A DNA stretch of 64,000 bases from Capitella teleta (Eukaryota): NCBI GenBank assembly GCA_000328365.1, contig KB303236.1, positions 129,538 through 193,537 on the forward strand. Reading direction: 5' to 3'. The notes below the pieces were generated by a model. The model was not told the DNA's origin. It saw only the letters and a list, made by a program, of their open reading frames with translations, and made no database searches. The position numbers and the translations under genes were made by a program. The number at the start of each line of letters is the position of its first letter. Position 1 is the stretch's first letter. This document shows, one piece after another, positions 36,301 through 44,302 of this stretch.

Positions 36301-39300
36301 CATCGCCAACGCAGCAGGTCGTCATTTAGATTTTTCTTTCGTTTTCAGGGAGTTTGATTTCGTTGTCGATCGCTTTTCGGCTTTCTCGGACGGTCAAAGA
36401 GACGGGTACCCAGGGTCTTACACCGATCCCAGTGATGAGGACAGGGCAAAGGTCAACGAACCCATTCACATTTTGAATGTGGCTATAAGAGCCTCGCCCG
36501 GATCCTCCGATGAAACTTACAACAAACAGTTTGAGGCGTTTTGCGCTGAAAAGGTAGAAATCTCGCCATCTCACACTTCAGTTTCACTCTCGTTCCTTTC
36601 ATAGCGGCACGTTCTAGCGGAGAAAGGATTGCGACGCATGACCTTTGTCGTTCTGGCGCAGGTGAATGACCTCCGATGAACTTTAACTTTGTAATCTTTG
36701 ATGTTTTTCAGCGTGAATTCCCGAAATACTTCACGTATCGTGCTCGGAAGCAGGTGAGCATTCCTTCAGCATCTCTCGTTACCCCCGCTTCTGTTATCAT
36801 GGAAATGGGGTCGCGTACTCCATTAATCAGTGTCCGTCGTTGATTCAGTACTTGACCTCATTTCTGCTTCTCTCCTTTTCACCTTTATGCGAACACGCTT
36901 TCCATATTCATCTTTCTCGTTTCCCAGAAATATTTCATTTGCTTTCTGAATTTTTTTCCCCGTCAATTCAGTAGAGAACTTTCCCCCCCCTCTTTGCTTG
37001 ACCTATTTTACTTGACTTATTTTACTTGACCTATTTCACAGTCAAACTTAGACCAATTTCTCCTCTCGTATTACCATATTTTTACTCTCAAAGAGCAAGT
37101 AATATAGTTTCCTAAAATAAAATATCGGAAACCGAAATTTTGAAGGATTGAAATCGAAGGCAGCGAATGATCTCTAATCAACCGTTCCCTTTGCTACATA
37201 CGACCGATTGTATACAGAGTGCAAGGCCAAAAGTGATCTCTCTACTCTGTGTTAAAATCAAAACTGATTAATTTGCTTGAAATGGCGGATTACTTAAGAA
37301 ATAACTACGTGGTATGGATTGACTCATGTGCTCCCATTTATGCGAGAGATCTGATAATAAGTCAATTTTGAAGGAGGGAGGAACATTTCAATATGCGAGG
37401 GTGTGTAATTTCAAGGAGATGTTAGAGCCAACAGTTGGGCCCCTGAACCAGCATTTTGCACTGCATCCGTTTCAAACTGTGTATTTTTTTATTCGCGGAG
37501 TTAAAAGTCATATAAATATAATAACACTCATAAACAAAAGTTCATCCTATAATAGAAATAAGAAGCGGCTTCACAATTTTTATGCGTTCAATTATTATTA
37601 TTATTATAATTATTATTATTTTTATGCGTTCAATTATTATTATTATTATAATTATTATTATTTTTATGCATTCAATTATTATTATTATTATAATTATTAT
37701 TATTTTTATGCATTCAATTATTATTATTATTATTATTATAATTATTTTTATGCGTTCAATTATGCCTATGCCTGGTCAGGGGTCCTGTTTGCTGCCAAAA
37801 GTGAAAATATTGCAGAATGATGAGTGCACTCTATTGAGTTATAACAGTTTAATTGTTGAAATTGCGTAGAAATGACTAGTGGTATAGACTATAGAGTATA
37901 GTATAAACTAGTGAGGCCAGGTATTTATTCCTCTAATCCTTGCATTGTTTCTATCTGTTTTGTTACACATTCCTCAGAACAAATGTAGTGCCATTAAAAA
38001 TCATTGAAATGTAGAGACTACTTTTGCCCATGCACTCTTTCATGGTTGGCATGTGTTTGCAAGTAGATTCACTGAATGAGACTAATTACTGAGACTAATT
38101 AAGCCCTAGGGAATTCATCACTTTATTGATTGCCAATATTATTGAAATCGAAAGCTTTGCTACTTTTGACCATTTGAAATTGTTCATTTTTGTTTTCGCT
38201 GATTATGAGAACAAGTCTTGTACTTAACGTTTATTTCCTTTTCAAAATTCTTGTTCGCCCTCAAATGTTAAGTTTCCCAGCAGGAGGACCAGAGCGAGCA
38301 CCTGCCTTGCACCGTAATGACTTCATTCTCATATCTCGTGTGCTGACTGACGCTTTTTCTGAGTCGTATTCTGTCTTGTAGCTTAGCCGCTTACGGTCCG
38401 TTCTTGACACCCGTCGGTGTTCAATGGCCACGGAGACCGGACCCATCCCCCCCGCCCCCGCACCTCCGGGGGGCACCCCCGGAAGCAGCTCCTCTGATCT
38501 GGGTTGCCAGCGCAATAGCAGCGCCCTCCTGGCTGACACTGTTGCAGATAGCGAGCATCCGTTTGGCATTGAAAGTGTACGTATGTGCAGGGGTGTGCCT
38601 CCAGCATTGTGAACGGCTTGCTGTGCTGATAGCTGTGCCTACCCCCTCTGTAATTCCTCCTTCCCGCTTCTGGCTGCCTCTCCTTCACTTCCTCGCATGT
38701 TTCTGCTAATGACTGTGTTCTGAACTTATGATTTTGTAGAAATAGATTGGTTCCTTCGCTAGACGAATGCGTGTTGAATTTATTCTGAATAACCGCTAAT
38801 TTTGTGCATATGTGATTTTCATTTGCTGGCAATCTGGGTTTCTATTTTCAGCAATGATAACCTTGCAACTCTTTTCGGTTTTATTTGATTTTAACTCTTT
38901 AAAATCAGATTATAATTTTTAGATTATGTAATCAAGGATATGAGCCTTTTCCCAGAATTCCCACCTCACCAATCCATTCAATTAGCACGAAATCTCGAAA
39001 ATTTTATTAACTCGCTCTGGGGAAAAGCGATATTCAAATTATCTTTATACTTTTTCAAATGTATACATATATATTTTTTCTCTTTTTTTTCTAAATAAAA
39101 TTTGTAAATTTGTACAAACCACTGAATGAACTATTCAATGTACAAATGTTTGCATAATTTTTCACGTTATTTTCCACATCAGTTCACGGAGGATCGCATC
39201 TACCGCCACTTGGAGCCTGCGTTGGCGTTCCAGTTGGAAATCGCTCGCATGCGCAACTTTGACCTAGACGCCATTCCCAACGCTAATCACCGAATGCACC

Positions 39301-42300
39301 TGTACCTGGGCAAAGCCAAAGTGGGTGCTTGAGTGTTGCGTAATCCACCAACCGACGGTTTCATTTGCAGCAAATTGCGGCTGACCGTGACGTCATCGAT
39401 TACCGATTCTTCGTGCGGGCGATCATCAGGCATTCGGATCTTGTGACAAACGTAAGATTTGTCACGTAGCGTTTAATTCGGATTGATTGGTGTTTGCAGG
39501 AGGCGTCCTTCGGCTATCTTGAGAGCGAGGGCGAACGAACGCTTCTCGAAGCTCTCGATGCTCTTGAAGTTTCCCGTTCGCACCCGATGGTGAGTTCCTT
39601 CTGCTCACGTGATCACGTGATCATGTGATCATGTAATCTTTTTCCTTTTGCAGTCTCGCAGGACGGACTGCAACCATGTCTTCTTGAACTTTGTTCCCGC
39701 CCTGACCTTTGGCAGTCTGAAGGAGGCCTACGCTCAGTTGGCTATAACCGTCCGCAACATGGTAATGCGCTATGGCAACCGCATCTGGAAGCTGCGAGTG
39801 CTGCAAGCCGAGCTCAAAATGAACATTCGGTGAGTGAATATCCGCGCTTTTCCTCCTCTTTCTACCTTGTCCACCTTTCATGTTTCTCTTTTTAACTCAT
39901 GTGAAGCGCATAGAAACTTAAATGTATATATTGCGCTAAATAAGTGAATTAATTATTTTTTTATTATAATTTCTCTCATCAGCATCACGGGAGAAAACCA
40001 GCGCATTCCGATTCGCGTTTCACTGCACAACGAGAAGGGATACAACCTGGAGTTCTATCTCTACCGTGAAATGCGCGATGAGCAGTCTGGACAGGTGAAT
40101 TCACTCTCTCGCTCTTTCATCAATAATCTCCCTCTCACAGGTCACATTCCAAGCGATCGGTCCGAAGCAGGGGCCTCTTCACGGCCTGGCGATCAACACG
40201 TGCTACGTGACCAAAGATCTGCTGCAGATGAAACGAGGTCAGGCCAAGGACTCACAGACCAACTACGTCTACGACTACCCGGATATGTTCAAGCAGGTGG
40301 GCTCCTCCTTCGTATTGCTCTCTTGTAATCCTAATTAATTGGCTGATCAGGCCATAACCGACATGTGGATTGCTCACAACCGGAAGACGGCAAGCACAGA
40401 GGGAATTCCCACTGACGTTCTCACGTGCAAGGAACTCATTCTGAAGGGGAGACGCCTCAACGAAATCACCAGGCTGCCTGGCGAAAATGACGTGAGCTGC
40501 TGATTTGCATAATTAATTAATTATTAATTAATTAATTGGCAGGTTGGCATGGTGGCGTGGCGTATGACCATTCGGACTCCGGAATACCCGGAAGGAAGAC
40601 AAGTGATTGTCATCGCAAACGACATCACATTTGTCCGCGGTTCCTTTGCTCCCCGTGAGGACGAACTCTTTGCAAAAGCCTCTGAGCTGGCGAGGAGAGA
40701 GGGTCTGCCCAGGATCTACCTCTCAGCCAACAGCGGAGCGCGCATCGGTTTGGCGGAGGAAGTGAAGAGGGTGTTCCGGGTGGCATGGCAAGACCCGGAA
40801 ATCCCCGAGAAGGTGCGGTACCAATGAGATTGGGATTTTCCGGTTTTAACGATTTCGCTTTTCAGGGATTCAAATATTTGTATTTGACTCCGAGAGATTA
40901 CAAAACGATCAAAGACAAGAATTCCGTTCACGCTGAGCTGATTGAAGATGACGGCGAATCACGATACAAGATCGATTACATCATAGGTCAGGAGGACGGA
41001 ATCGGAGTGGAGTGCCTGAGTGGGTCAGGAATGATCGCGGGTGAGACGTCGCAAGCGTACAATGAGATCGTGACCATGAGCATGGTGACGTGCACTGCCG
41101 TGGGCATTGGGGCGTACCTTGTGCGTTTGGGGCAGCGTGTCGTTCAGGTTGAGAACTCTTACATCATCCTCACAGGCAAAGATGCTCTCAACAAGGTCAG
41201 GGGGTCACGGGTCAGGGGTCAAAGCGACTGATTGGCGTTGTTCTCTTGCAGCTGCTGGGTCGTGAAGTATACGGAAGCAATAATCAGTTGGGAGGAATTG
41301 AGGTGATGCACCGCAACGGAGTGGCTCACAACACAGCCCCAGACGACATGAGCGGAGTCTCGGTCATGTTGCGCTGGCTTAGTTACATGCCCAAGCACCA
41401 GGGGGCGCTGCTGCCCATCCTGCCCTCGCTTGACCCAATTGACCGCAAGATTGAGTTCCAGCCGACCAAAGCTCCGTATGATCCCCGTTGGCTGCTGGCT
41501 GGCCGAGCGCACCCAGATGACCCCTCACAGTGGCAGAGCGGATTCTTTGATCGGGATTCCTTCCTCGAGATCATGGATGGTTGGGCCAGAACAGTGGTCG
41601 CCGGAAGAGCTCGCTTGGGTGGCATCCCGGTCGGATGCATCGCCGTGGAAACCAGGATCACTGACCTCCGCATTCCCGCTGACCCAGCGAACCTAGATTC
41701 CGAGGCCAAGGTCATCGCCCAAGCCGGCCAAGTCTGGTTCCCTGATTCCTCATACAAAACTGCGCAGGCAATCATGGACTTCAGCCGAGAAGAGCTTCCT
41801 CTGCTGATCTTTGCCAACTGGAGAGGATTCTCTGGGGGGGCTAAAGGTCAGCCTCTTTATTTCTATTTGTATTTTTCTTTTTATTGCTTATTTCTCTGCT
41901 GCATAGATATGTTTGACATGATCGTGAAGTTTGGTTCCTACATTGTGGACGGCCTCCGCAATTACAAACATCCGATCATCATCTACATTCCGCCGTATGC
42001 TGAGCTGAGGGGGGGGGCGTGGGTCGTGCTGGACCCCAAGATCAACCCCGACCACATGGAGATGTACGCAGATCAAGACGCCAGGTAAGCGCCTCAGATC
42101 TCACGGAGCAGCGCTGATCGTTTGATTCAGGGGCGGAGTCCTTGAGCCAGAGGGAACCGTCGCCATCAAGTTCCGACGTCCGGATCTCGAGAAAACCATG
42201 TGCCGCCTGGATGACCAATGCCGGCGACTGAAGGAGGAGCTGTCTGCGGCTAATCTGTCGCCAGCCGATAAAATGAAGCTGCAAAAGGAGCTGCGGCTGA

Positions 42301-43322
42301 GGCAGGAGCGGCTGCAGCCGATGTATCACCAGGCGTCAATCACATTTGCTGACCTTCATGACACGGCTGGTCGAATGCAAGACAAGGGATGCATCCACGT
42401 GAGATTTTATTTATTATATTTAACGCTTTTATTTACGCTGATGTTCAGGACACTCTGACCTGGGAGACCAGCCGGCACTACCTCTACTGGCGATTGAGGC
42501 GCCTCCTACTGGAGGGCAGGGTCACTAAGCAGATCTCTGAAGCGAATCCGTCGCTGAATCTGGGGCAGATGAAGTCCATGCTGAGTCGGTGGTTCTTGGA
42601 GGCTCAGGGAACCGTCAACACGTATCTGTGGGAGAACAATCAGGCGGTGGTCGATTGGCTGGAGGACGAACTGAACACAGAGCGCTCGCTGCTGAAGAGG
42701 GCGCTGAAGGCTGTGAAGAAGGACCACGTCATTCAGCAGATCTCAAAGTGAGTGCACGCCGCCATGTAACAGCATAAAAGCGTAAGACGCACACTGCATG
42801 CTAAACGCGGCTGTCAATTACGTCTGCATCAGAGCGCTGCTTAATTGACTGCCGCACACTCTGTCACTTGGCGTTCACGTCTGTCGCCAAGTGTTTCGTT
42901 GGCTCGACCCCATTATCAGAGGCAGCGGATGAATTATGCATGGGAGATAAATCACAGCGCCTCTCCGCTAATACTCAGCGTCTCTGCTGTAAGGACGAAT
43001 ATTCCATTAATTCTGGAATCAAGTTTGCAATTCCATTGAGGTTATTGATCTGTTGTGCGGGCTCCTTCTCTCCTTTGTAAATCGCATCCCGAGGGAAACC
43101 TCCTCAAAAGCCGTCTGCAGTTTCCTGTTTCCTTTCAGTCTGATCCAGGACAATCCAGAAGTCATGGATGAACTCCTTCAGCACTCAGCTGCCGCTGCGG
43201 AGGCTGCAAACCCATCCACCTCCTCTTCCACCTCCTCCACCTCCACTTCTGCCTCCTCAGCTCCGAAGAACACGGATATTGCGCGCTTATTGGCGACGCT
43301 CGAGAACTTCAAATCTTCATGA
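24760..43322 (+). CDS. ACACA: acetyl-CoA carboxylase (biotin carboxylase, BCCP and carboxyltransferase domains); complete CDS in 33 coding exons, 7107 nt, 2368 aa
   Basis: The spliced product is collinear, to my recollection, with human ACC1/ACC2 along its full length. Matching blocks include: SMSGxHLxK AMPK-site region; [16 protein letters not shown]; [10 protein letters not shown]; [11 protein letters not shown]; biotinyl EVMKM; [10 protein letters not shown]; [12 protein letters not shown]; [15 protein letters not shown]. Every exon junction is phase-consistent and the summed exon length is divisible by 3. The first coding exon itself begins at an acceptor (ttgcag at 24744-49), so there is at least one upstream 5'UTR exon. 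Confidence 0.92.
26625..26790. repeat. copy 1 of a ~150-bp direct repeat rich in TGACGTCA/GACGTC (CRE-like) palindromes, in ACC intron 1
   Basis: aatgaacattcaattagcattttacgctatt..ttaatgcgaaaccaacataaagttt..gactaaatacgacgactaacagacgtcgaaatcagttcgtcgcattgacgtcaggatcatgacgtcgtctgacgttgggttacgtt. Confidence 0.6.
26915..27070. repeat. copy 2 of the CRE-palindrome-rich direct repeat
   Basis: aatgaatattcaattagcattttacgctatt..ttaatgcgaaaccaacattaatttt..gactaaagatgacgtctggtggacgttgggttacgtccatttcggacgtccagccgacgttggg. Confidence 0.6.
27323..27392. repeat. (TAA)n microsatellite, ~22 units, one interruption
   Basis: aataataataataataataataatttaataataataataataataataat. Confidence 0.95.
27920..28140. repeat. 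hexanucleotide (GTACAA/GTACGG/GTATCA)n satellite, ~35 units
   Basis: gtacaagtacaagtacgggtacaagtacgagtactagtatcagtattagt...; the ORFs 27922..28158 (VQVQV) and 27803..28036 are its translations. Followed by a GT-rich gtgagtgtgagtgtaaggt tract to ~28240. Confidence 0.9.
28353..28425 (-). ncRNA. tRNA-like fragment (5'-truncated tRNA pseudogene or SINE head) followed by oligo(T)9 on its strand
   Basis: Minus strand: ..ccatggcagagtgtgagagccataaactaccaggcggggcatccaggttcgaatctccctccgga then ttttttttt. It has an A-box-like TGGCAGAGTG, a D-arm TGGC..GCCA and a B box GGTTCGAATC, but no 5' strand to pair with the 3' end, so no acceptor stem forms. Confidence 0.3.
30174..30196. repeat. (GGA)7 microsatellite
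   Basis: aggaggaggaggaggaggagg. Confidence 0.9.
30421..30760 (+). mobile_element. tRNA-derived SINE, full-length copy with intact ~10-bp target-site duplication GAGATAATAA (in ACC intron 1)
   Basis: Flanks caagagataataag|GGGCACCGAATAGCTCAGTGGGTTAAACCGGCTGACTGCAATCC... and ...GTAAAACCCTCATGTCATGCCCG|gagataataattgc. A box TAGCTCAGTGG. B box GGTTCGAGACC. ~340 bp. Confidence 0.85.
32058..32193 (+). CDS. ACACA: ACC coding exon 2 (AMPK phosphorylation-site region)
   Basis: Acceptor ttcacag|G. Donor AACAGG|gtgcgt. Peptide (R)[45 protein letters not shown], cf. human SSMSGLHLVKQGRDRKK..SPAEFVTRFGGNKVIEK. Confidence 0.85.
32244..32574 (+). CDS. ACACA: ACC exon 3 (biotin carboxylase N-terminal)
   Basis: Anchored to ORF 32244..32582. 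[53 protein letters not shown]...[25 protein letters not shown](G). Donor ATAG|gtgagt. Confidence 0.9.
32622..32720 (+). CDS. ACACA: ACC exon 4
   Basis: Acceptor aattgcag|GTCC anchored to ORF 32579. Peptide (G)[32 protein letters not shown](G). Donor TCAG|gtttgt. Confidence 0.85.
32769..33199 (+). CDS. ACACA: ACC exon 5 (ATP-grasp)
   Basis: Acceptor cattcag|GA. Peptide [60 protein letters not shown]...[41 protein letters not shown]. Donor AAG|gtcggt. Confidence 0.9.
33251..33750 (+). CDS. ACACA: ACC exon 6 (BC C-terminal)
   Basis: Acceptor ttgcttccag|TGC anchored to ORF 33227. Peptide [103 protein letters not shown](R). Donor AGGAG|gtttgg. Confidence 0.9.
33807..34061 (+). CDS. ACACA: ACC exon 7
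   Basis: Acceptor acttttcag|G anchored to ORF 33712. Peptide (R)[84 protein letters not shown](R). Donor CAGAG|gtttaa. Confidence 0.9.
34116..34268 (+). CDS. ACACA: ACC exon 8
   Basis: Acceptor ccttttgcag|A. Peptide (R)[50 protein letters not shown](R). Donor CACCG|gttggt. Confidence 0.8.
34321..34681 (+). CDS. ACACA: ACC exon 9 (biotin carboxyl carrier domain; biotinyl-Lys in EVMKM at ~34553-55)
   Basis: Acceptor ttccaaag|A anchored to ORF 34298. Peptide (R)[108 protein letters not shown]. Donor ACC|gtaaga. Confidence 0.9.
34733..34948 (+). CDS. ACACA: ACC exon 10
   Basis: Acceptor catcgtag|GCC. Peptide [72 protein letters not shown]. Donor ATC|gtgagt, anchored to ORF 34793. Confidence 0.85.
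34996..35115 (+). CDS. ACACA: ACC exon 11
   Basis: Acceptor ttgaacag|GAG. Peptide [40 protein letters not shown], cf. human [33 protein letters not shown]. Donor GCT|gtgagt. Confidence 0.8.
35170..35270 (+). CDS. ACACA: ACC exon 12
   Basis: Acceptor cctttcgcag|ATC. Peptide [33 protein letters not shown](R). Donor AACAG|gtaagc. Confidence 0.85.
35318..35406 (+). CDS. ACACA: ACC exon 13
   Basis: Acceptor tttcatcag|G. Peptide (R)[29 protein letters not shown](N). Donor GAAA|gtcggt. Confidence 0.75.
35461..35585 (+). CDS. ACACA: ACC exon 14
   Basis: Acceptor tgttctgcag|AC. Peptide (N)[41 protein letters not shown]. Donor CTG|gtgagc. Confidence 0.85.
35640..35876 (+). CDS. ACACA: ACC exon 15
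   Basis: Acceptor ttttcctcag|GAC anchored to ORF 35478. Peptide [79 protein letters not shown]. Donor AAG|gtttgc. Confidence 0.85.
35939..36291 (+). CDS. ACACA: ACC exon 16
   Basis: Acceptor ttttttccag|AAC anchored to ORF 35879. Peptide [70 protein letters not shown]...[16 protein letters not shown](E). Donor TTGA|gtaagt. Confidence 0.85.
36349..36553 (+). CDS. ACACA: ACC exon 17
   Basis: Acceptor cgttttcag|G. Peptide (E)[68 protein letters not shown]. Donor AAG|gtagaa. Confidence 0.75.
36605..36661 (+). CDS. ACACA: ACC exon 18 (57 nt)
   Basis: Acceptor cctttcatag|CGG. Peptide [19 protein letters not shown], cf. human LRKRGIRRLTFLVAQ. Donor CAG|gtgaat. Confidence 0.75.
36712..36753 (+). 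CDS. ACACA: ACC exon 19 (42 nt)
   Basis: Acceptor gtttttcag|CGT. Peptide [14 protein letters not shown], cf. human REFPKFFTFRARDK. Donor CAG|gtgagc. Confidence 0.75.
37570..37760. repeat. AT-rich minisatellite, ~40-bp unit (tttatgcgttcaattattattattattataattattattat) x ~5, in ACC intron 19
   Basis: The unit repeats with a/g variants (tttatgcGttcaatt / tttatgcAttcaatt). The ORFs 37326..37820 and 37582..37869 (IIIIIII) are artefacts. Confidence 0.9.
38400..38700. other. GC-rich, CpG-containing island inside ACC intron 19 (poly-C/G tracts; no recognisable coding potential)
   Basis: ccatcccccccgcccccgcacctccggggggcacccccggaagcagctcc... The overlapping ORFs 38424..38612, 38404..38709 and the minus-strand ORFs have no domain signal and no phase-compatible splice to neighbouring ACC exons. 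Confidence 0.3.
39183..39320 (+). CDS. ACACA: ACC exon 20
   Basis: Acceptor ttccacatcag|TTC anchored to ORF 39126. Peptide [46 protein letters not shown]. Donor AAA|gtgggt. Confidence 0.85.
39371..39451 (+). CDS. ACACA: ACC exon 21
   Basis: Acceptor tcatttgcag|CAA. Peptide [27 protein letters not shown]. Donor AAC|gtaaga. Confidence 0.8.
39500..39589 (+). CDS. ACACA: ACC exon 22
   Basis: Acceptor gtgtttgcag|GAG. Peptide [30 protein letters not shown]. Donor ATG|gtgagt. Confidence 0.8.
39654..39829 (+). CDS. ACACA: ACC exon 23
   Basis: Acceptor tccttttgcag|TCT anchored to ORF 39648. Peptide [58 protein letters not shown](R). Donor TTCG|gtgagt. Confidence 0.85.
39983..40094 (+). CDS. ACACA: ACC exon 24
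   Basis: Acceptor ttctctcatcag|C. Peptide (R)[37 protein letters not shown]. Donor CAG|gtgaat. Confidence 0.8.
40141..40296 (+). CDS. ACACA: ACC exon 25
   Basis: Acceptor ccctctcacag|GTC. Peptide [52 protein letters not shown]. Donor CAG|gtgggc. Confidence 0.8.
40351..40491 (+). CDS. ACACA: ACC exon 26
   Basis: Acceptor ggctgatcag|GCC. Peptide [47 protein letters not shown]. Donor GAC|gtgagc. Confidence 0.8.
40543..40812 (+). CDS. ACACA: ACC exon 27 (carboxyltransferase N-subdomain)
   Basis: Acceptor ttaattggcag|GTT anchored to ORF 40549. Peptide [90 protein letters not shown]. Donor AAG|gtgcgg. Confidence 0.9.
40866..41195 (+). CDS. ACACA: ACC exon 28
   Basis: Acceptor gcttttcag|GGA anchored to ORF 40785. 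Peptide [110 protein letters not shown]. Donor AAG|gtcagg. Confidence 0.9.
41252..41846 (+). CDS. ACACA: ACC exon 29 (CT core)
   Basis: Acceptor ctcttgcag|CTG anchored to ORF 41246. Peptide [32 protein letters not shown]...[15 protein letters not shown]...[80 protein letters not shown](G). Donor AAAG|gtcagc. Confidence 0.9.
41907..42084 (+). CDS. ACACA: ACC exon 30
   Basis: Acceptor ctgctgcatag|AT. Peptide (D)[58 protein letters not shown](R). Donor CCAG|gtaagc. Confidence 0.9.
42131..42398 (+). CDS. ACACA: ACC exon 31
   Basis: Acceptor tttgattcag|G. Peptide (R)[89 protein letters not shown]. Donor CAC|gtgaga. Confidence 0.85.
42449..42747 (+). CDS. ACACA: ACC exon 32
   Basis: Acceptor tgatgttcag|GAC anchored to ORF 42389. 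Peptide [99 protein letters not shown](N). Donor CAAA|gtgagt. Confidence 0.85.
43139..43322 (+). CDS. ACACA: ACC exon 33 (terminal; stop TGA 43320-43322)
   Basis: Acceptor cctttcag|T. Peptide (N)[60 protein letters not shown]. Ser/Thr-rich low-complexity tail. Confidence 0.8.
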
Positions 43323-43481
43323 TGCTTCATTCCGTTCTGCTAATAATTATTTCTTTTAATTAATTCTTTGCTTTTTTCTTCTTCTTTTTTTTTATCTAAA
43401 ATGCGGAAGATTTACTCATCCGGTTTAGTGTTTATTGTTTATATGTTTTTTGTTTATTTTCTGTCTGCTGATGTCCTCAAA

Positions 43482-43487
43482 AATAAA
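43482..43487 (+). terminator. candidate ACC polyadenylation signal AATAAA (~160 nt after the stop); a second aaataaaacc at ~43625
   Basis: caaaaataaatgtttttgg in an AT-rich 3'UTR. Confidence 0.35.
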
Positions 43488-44302
43488 TGTTTTTGGAAAA
43501 TATTAGAAATATAATAATGATTATATTGATTAATATATTAATATATTGATGGCCGGTATTGTTCACTTGTTATACATGTATCGAATTATAAGCCTATCGT
43601 ATTGGCAGCACGCTGTTTGGTAAAAATAAAACCTTTTCATTCATTCTCTTCTCCAATATGTGCTCACTATAATGATGGAAATAAATCAGCCCATCTGCAG
43701 TCCGGCGTTTCTTCTTCGTCGTAATTGGCCAATTGACCTCGATGGATGGTCAGTTTTGCCTCGGCGTCCGCGCGATGACCGCTCGTGGGAAGGGCTGCCT
43801 CTTTTCACGAATACGTTTCATTACAACTCAAAAAGTCAGCTATATATATTCCTCTTATCTCAATTTGTTATGTGATTTTAATCATTTTTGGGTGGAATTA
43901 ATATATATGTCGATTGAATACACGCTGTGGGGAAATTCCAGGAAGTTTCCTGGAATGTTCTTCAGACGTCCGAGAAGCGTCGTTTCTCGGAAGGCGGCTT
44001 CGCTCTATGATGGATGTGGCGTTGTTTTCGCTCTGTGCGCATCGTTCATCCGAAATGCGGTCACGTGATCCGCTCAGCAAATAAAAATTAAGCGAATCTC
44101 TTCTTTATTTCATTTGCTACGGCAGAAGATTCGATTTAAAGATCAAGATATTTTACCCAAACCTCACCGATGACGTCACTCATCGATTTCACGCCGGAAA
44201 TTCGTAATCTGGTCACGAGAAAGTGATAAACACGAAGAACACACACGTCGTCGTCATACGTGTGTACATTGTACACATACGCCGATGCAATTGCTTGTAT
44301 GA

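Noticed and set aside
37326-37869. ORFs 37326..37820 (YYYYNYYY) and 37582..37869 (IIIIIII)
   Set aside because: They are translations of an AT-rich minisatellite inside an ACC intron.
38261-38832. Several 60-150-aa ORFs (including an ATG-initiated [17 protein letters not shown]...) in the GC-rich island, considered as a possible alternative first exon of ACC
   Set aside because: The only nearby donor (GTAC|gtatgt) leaves phase 1, whereas ACC exon 20 requires phase 0. There is no domain similarity. It is a composition-driven ORF.
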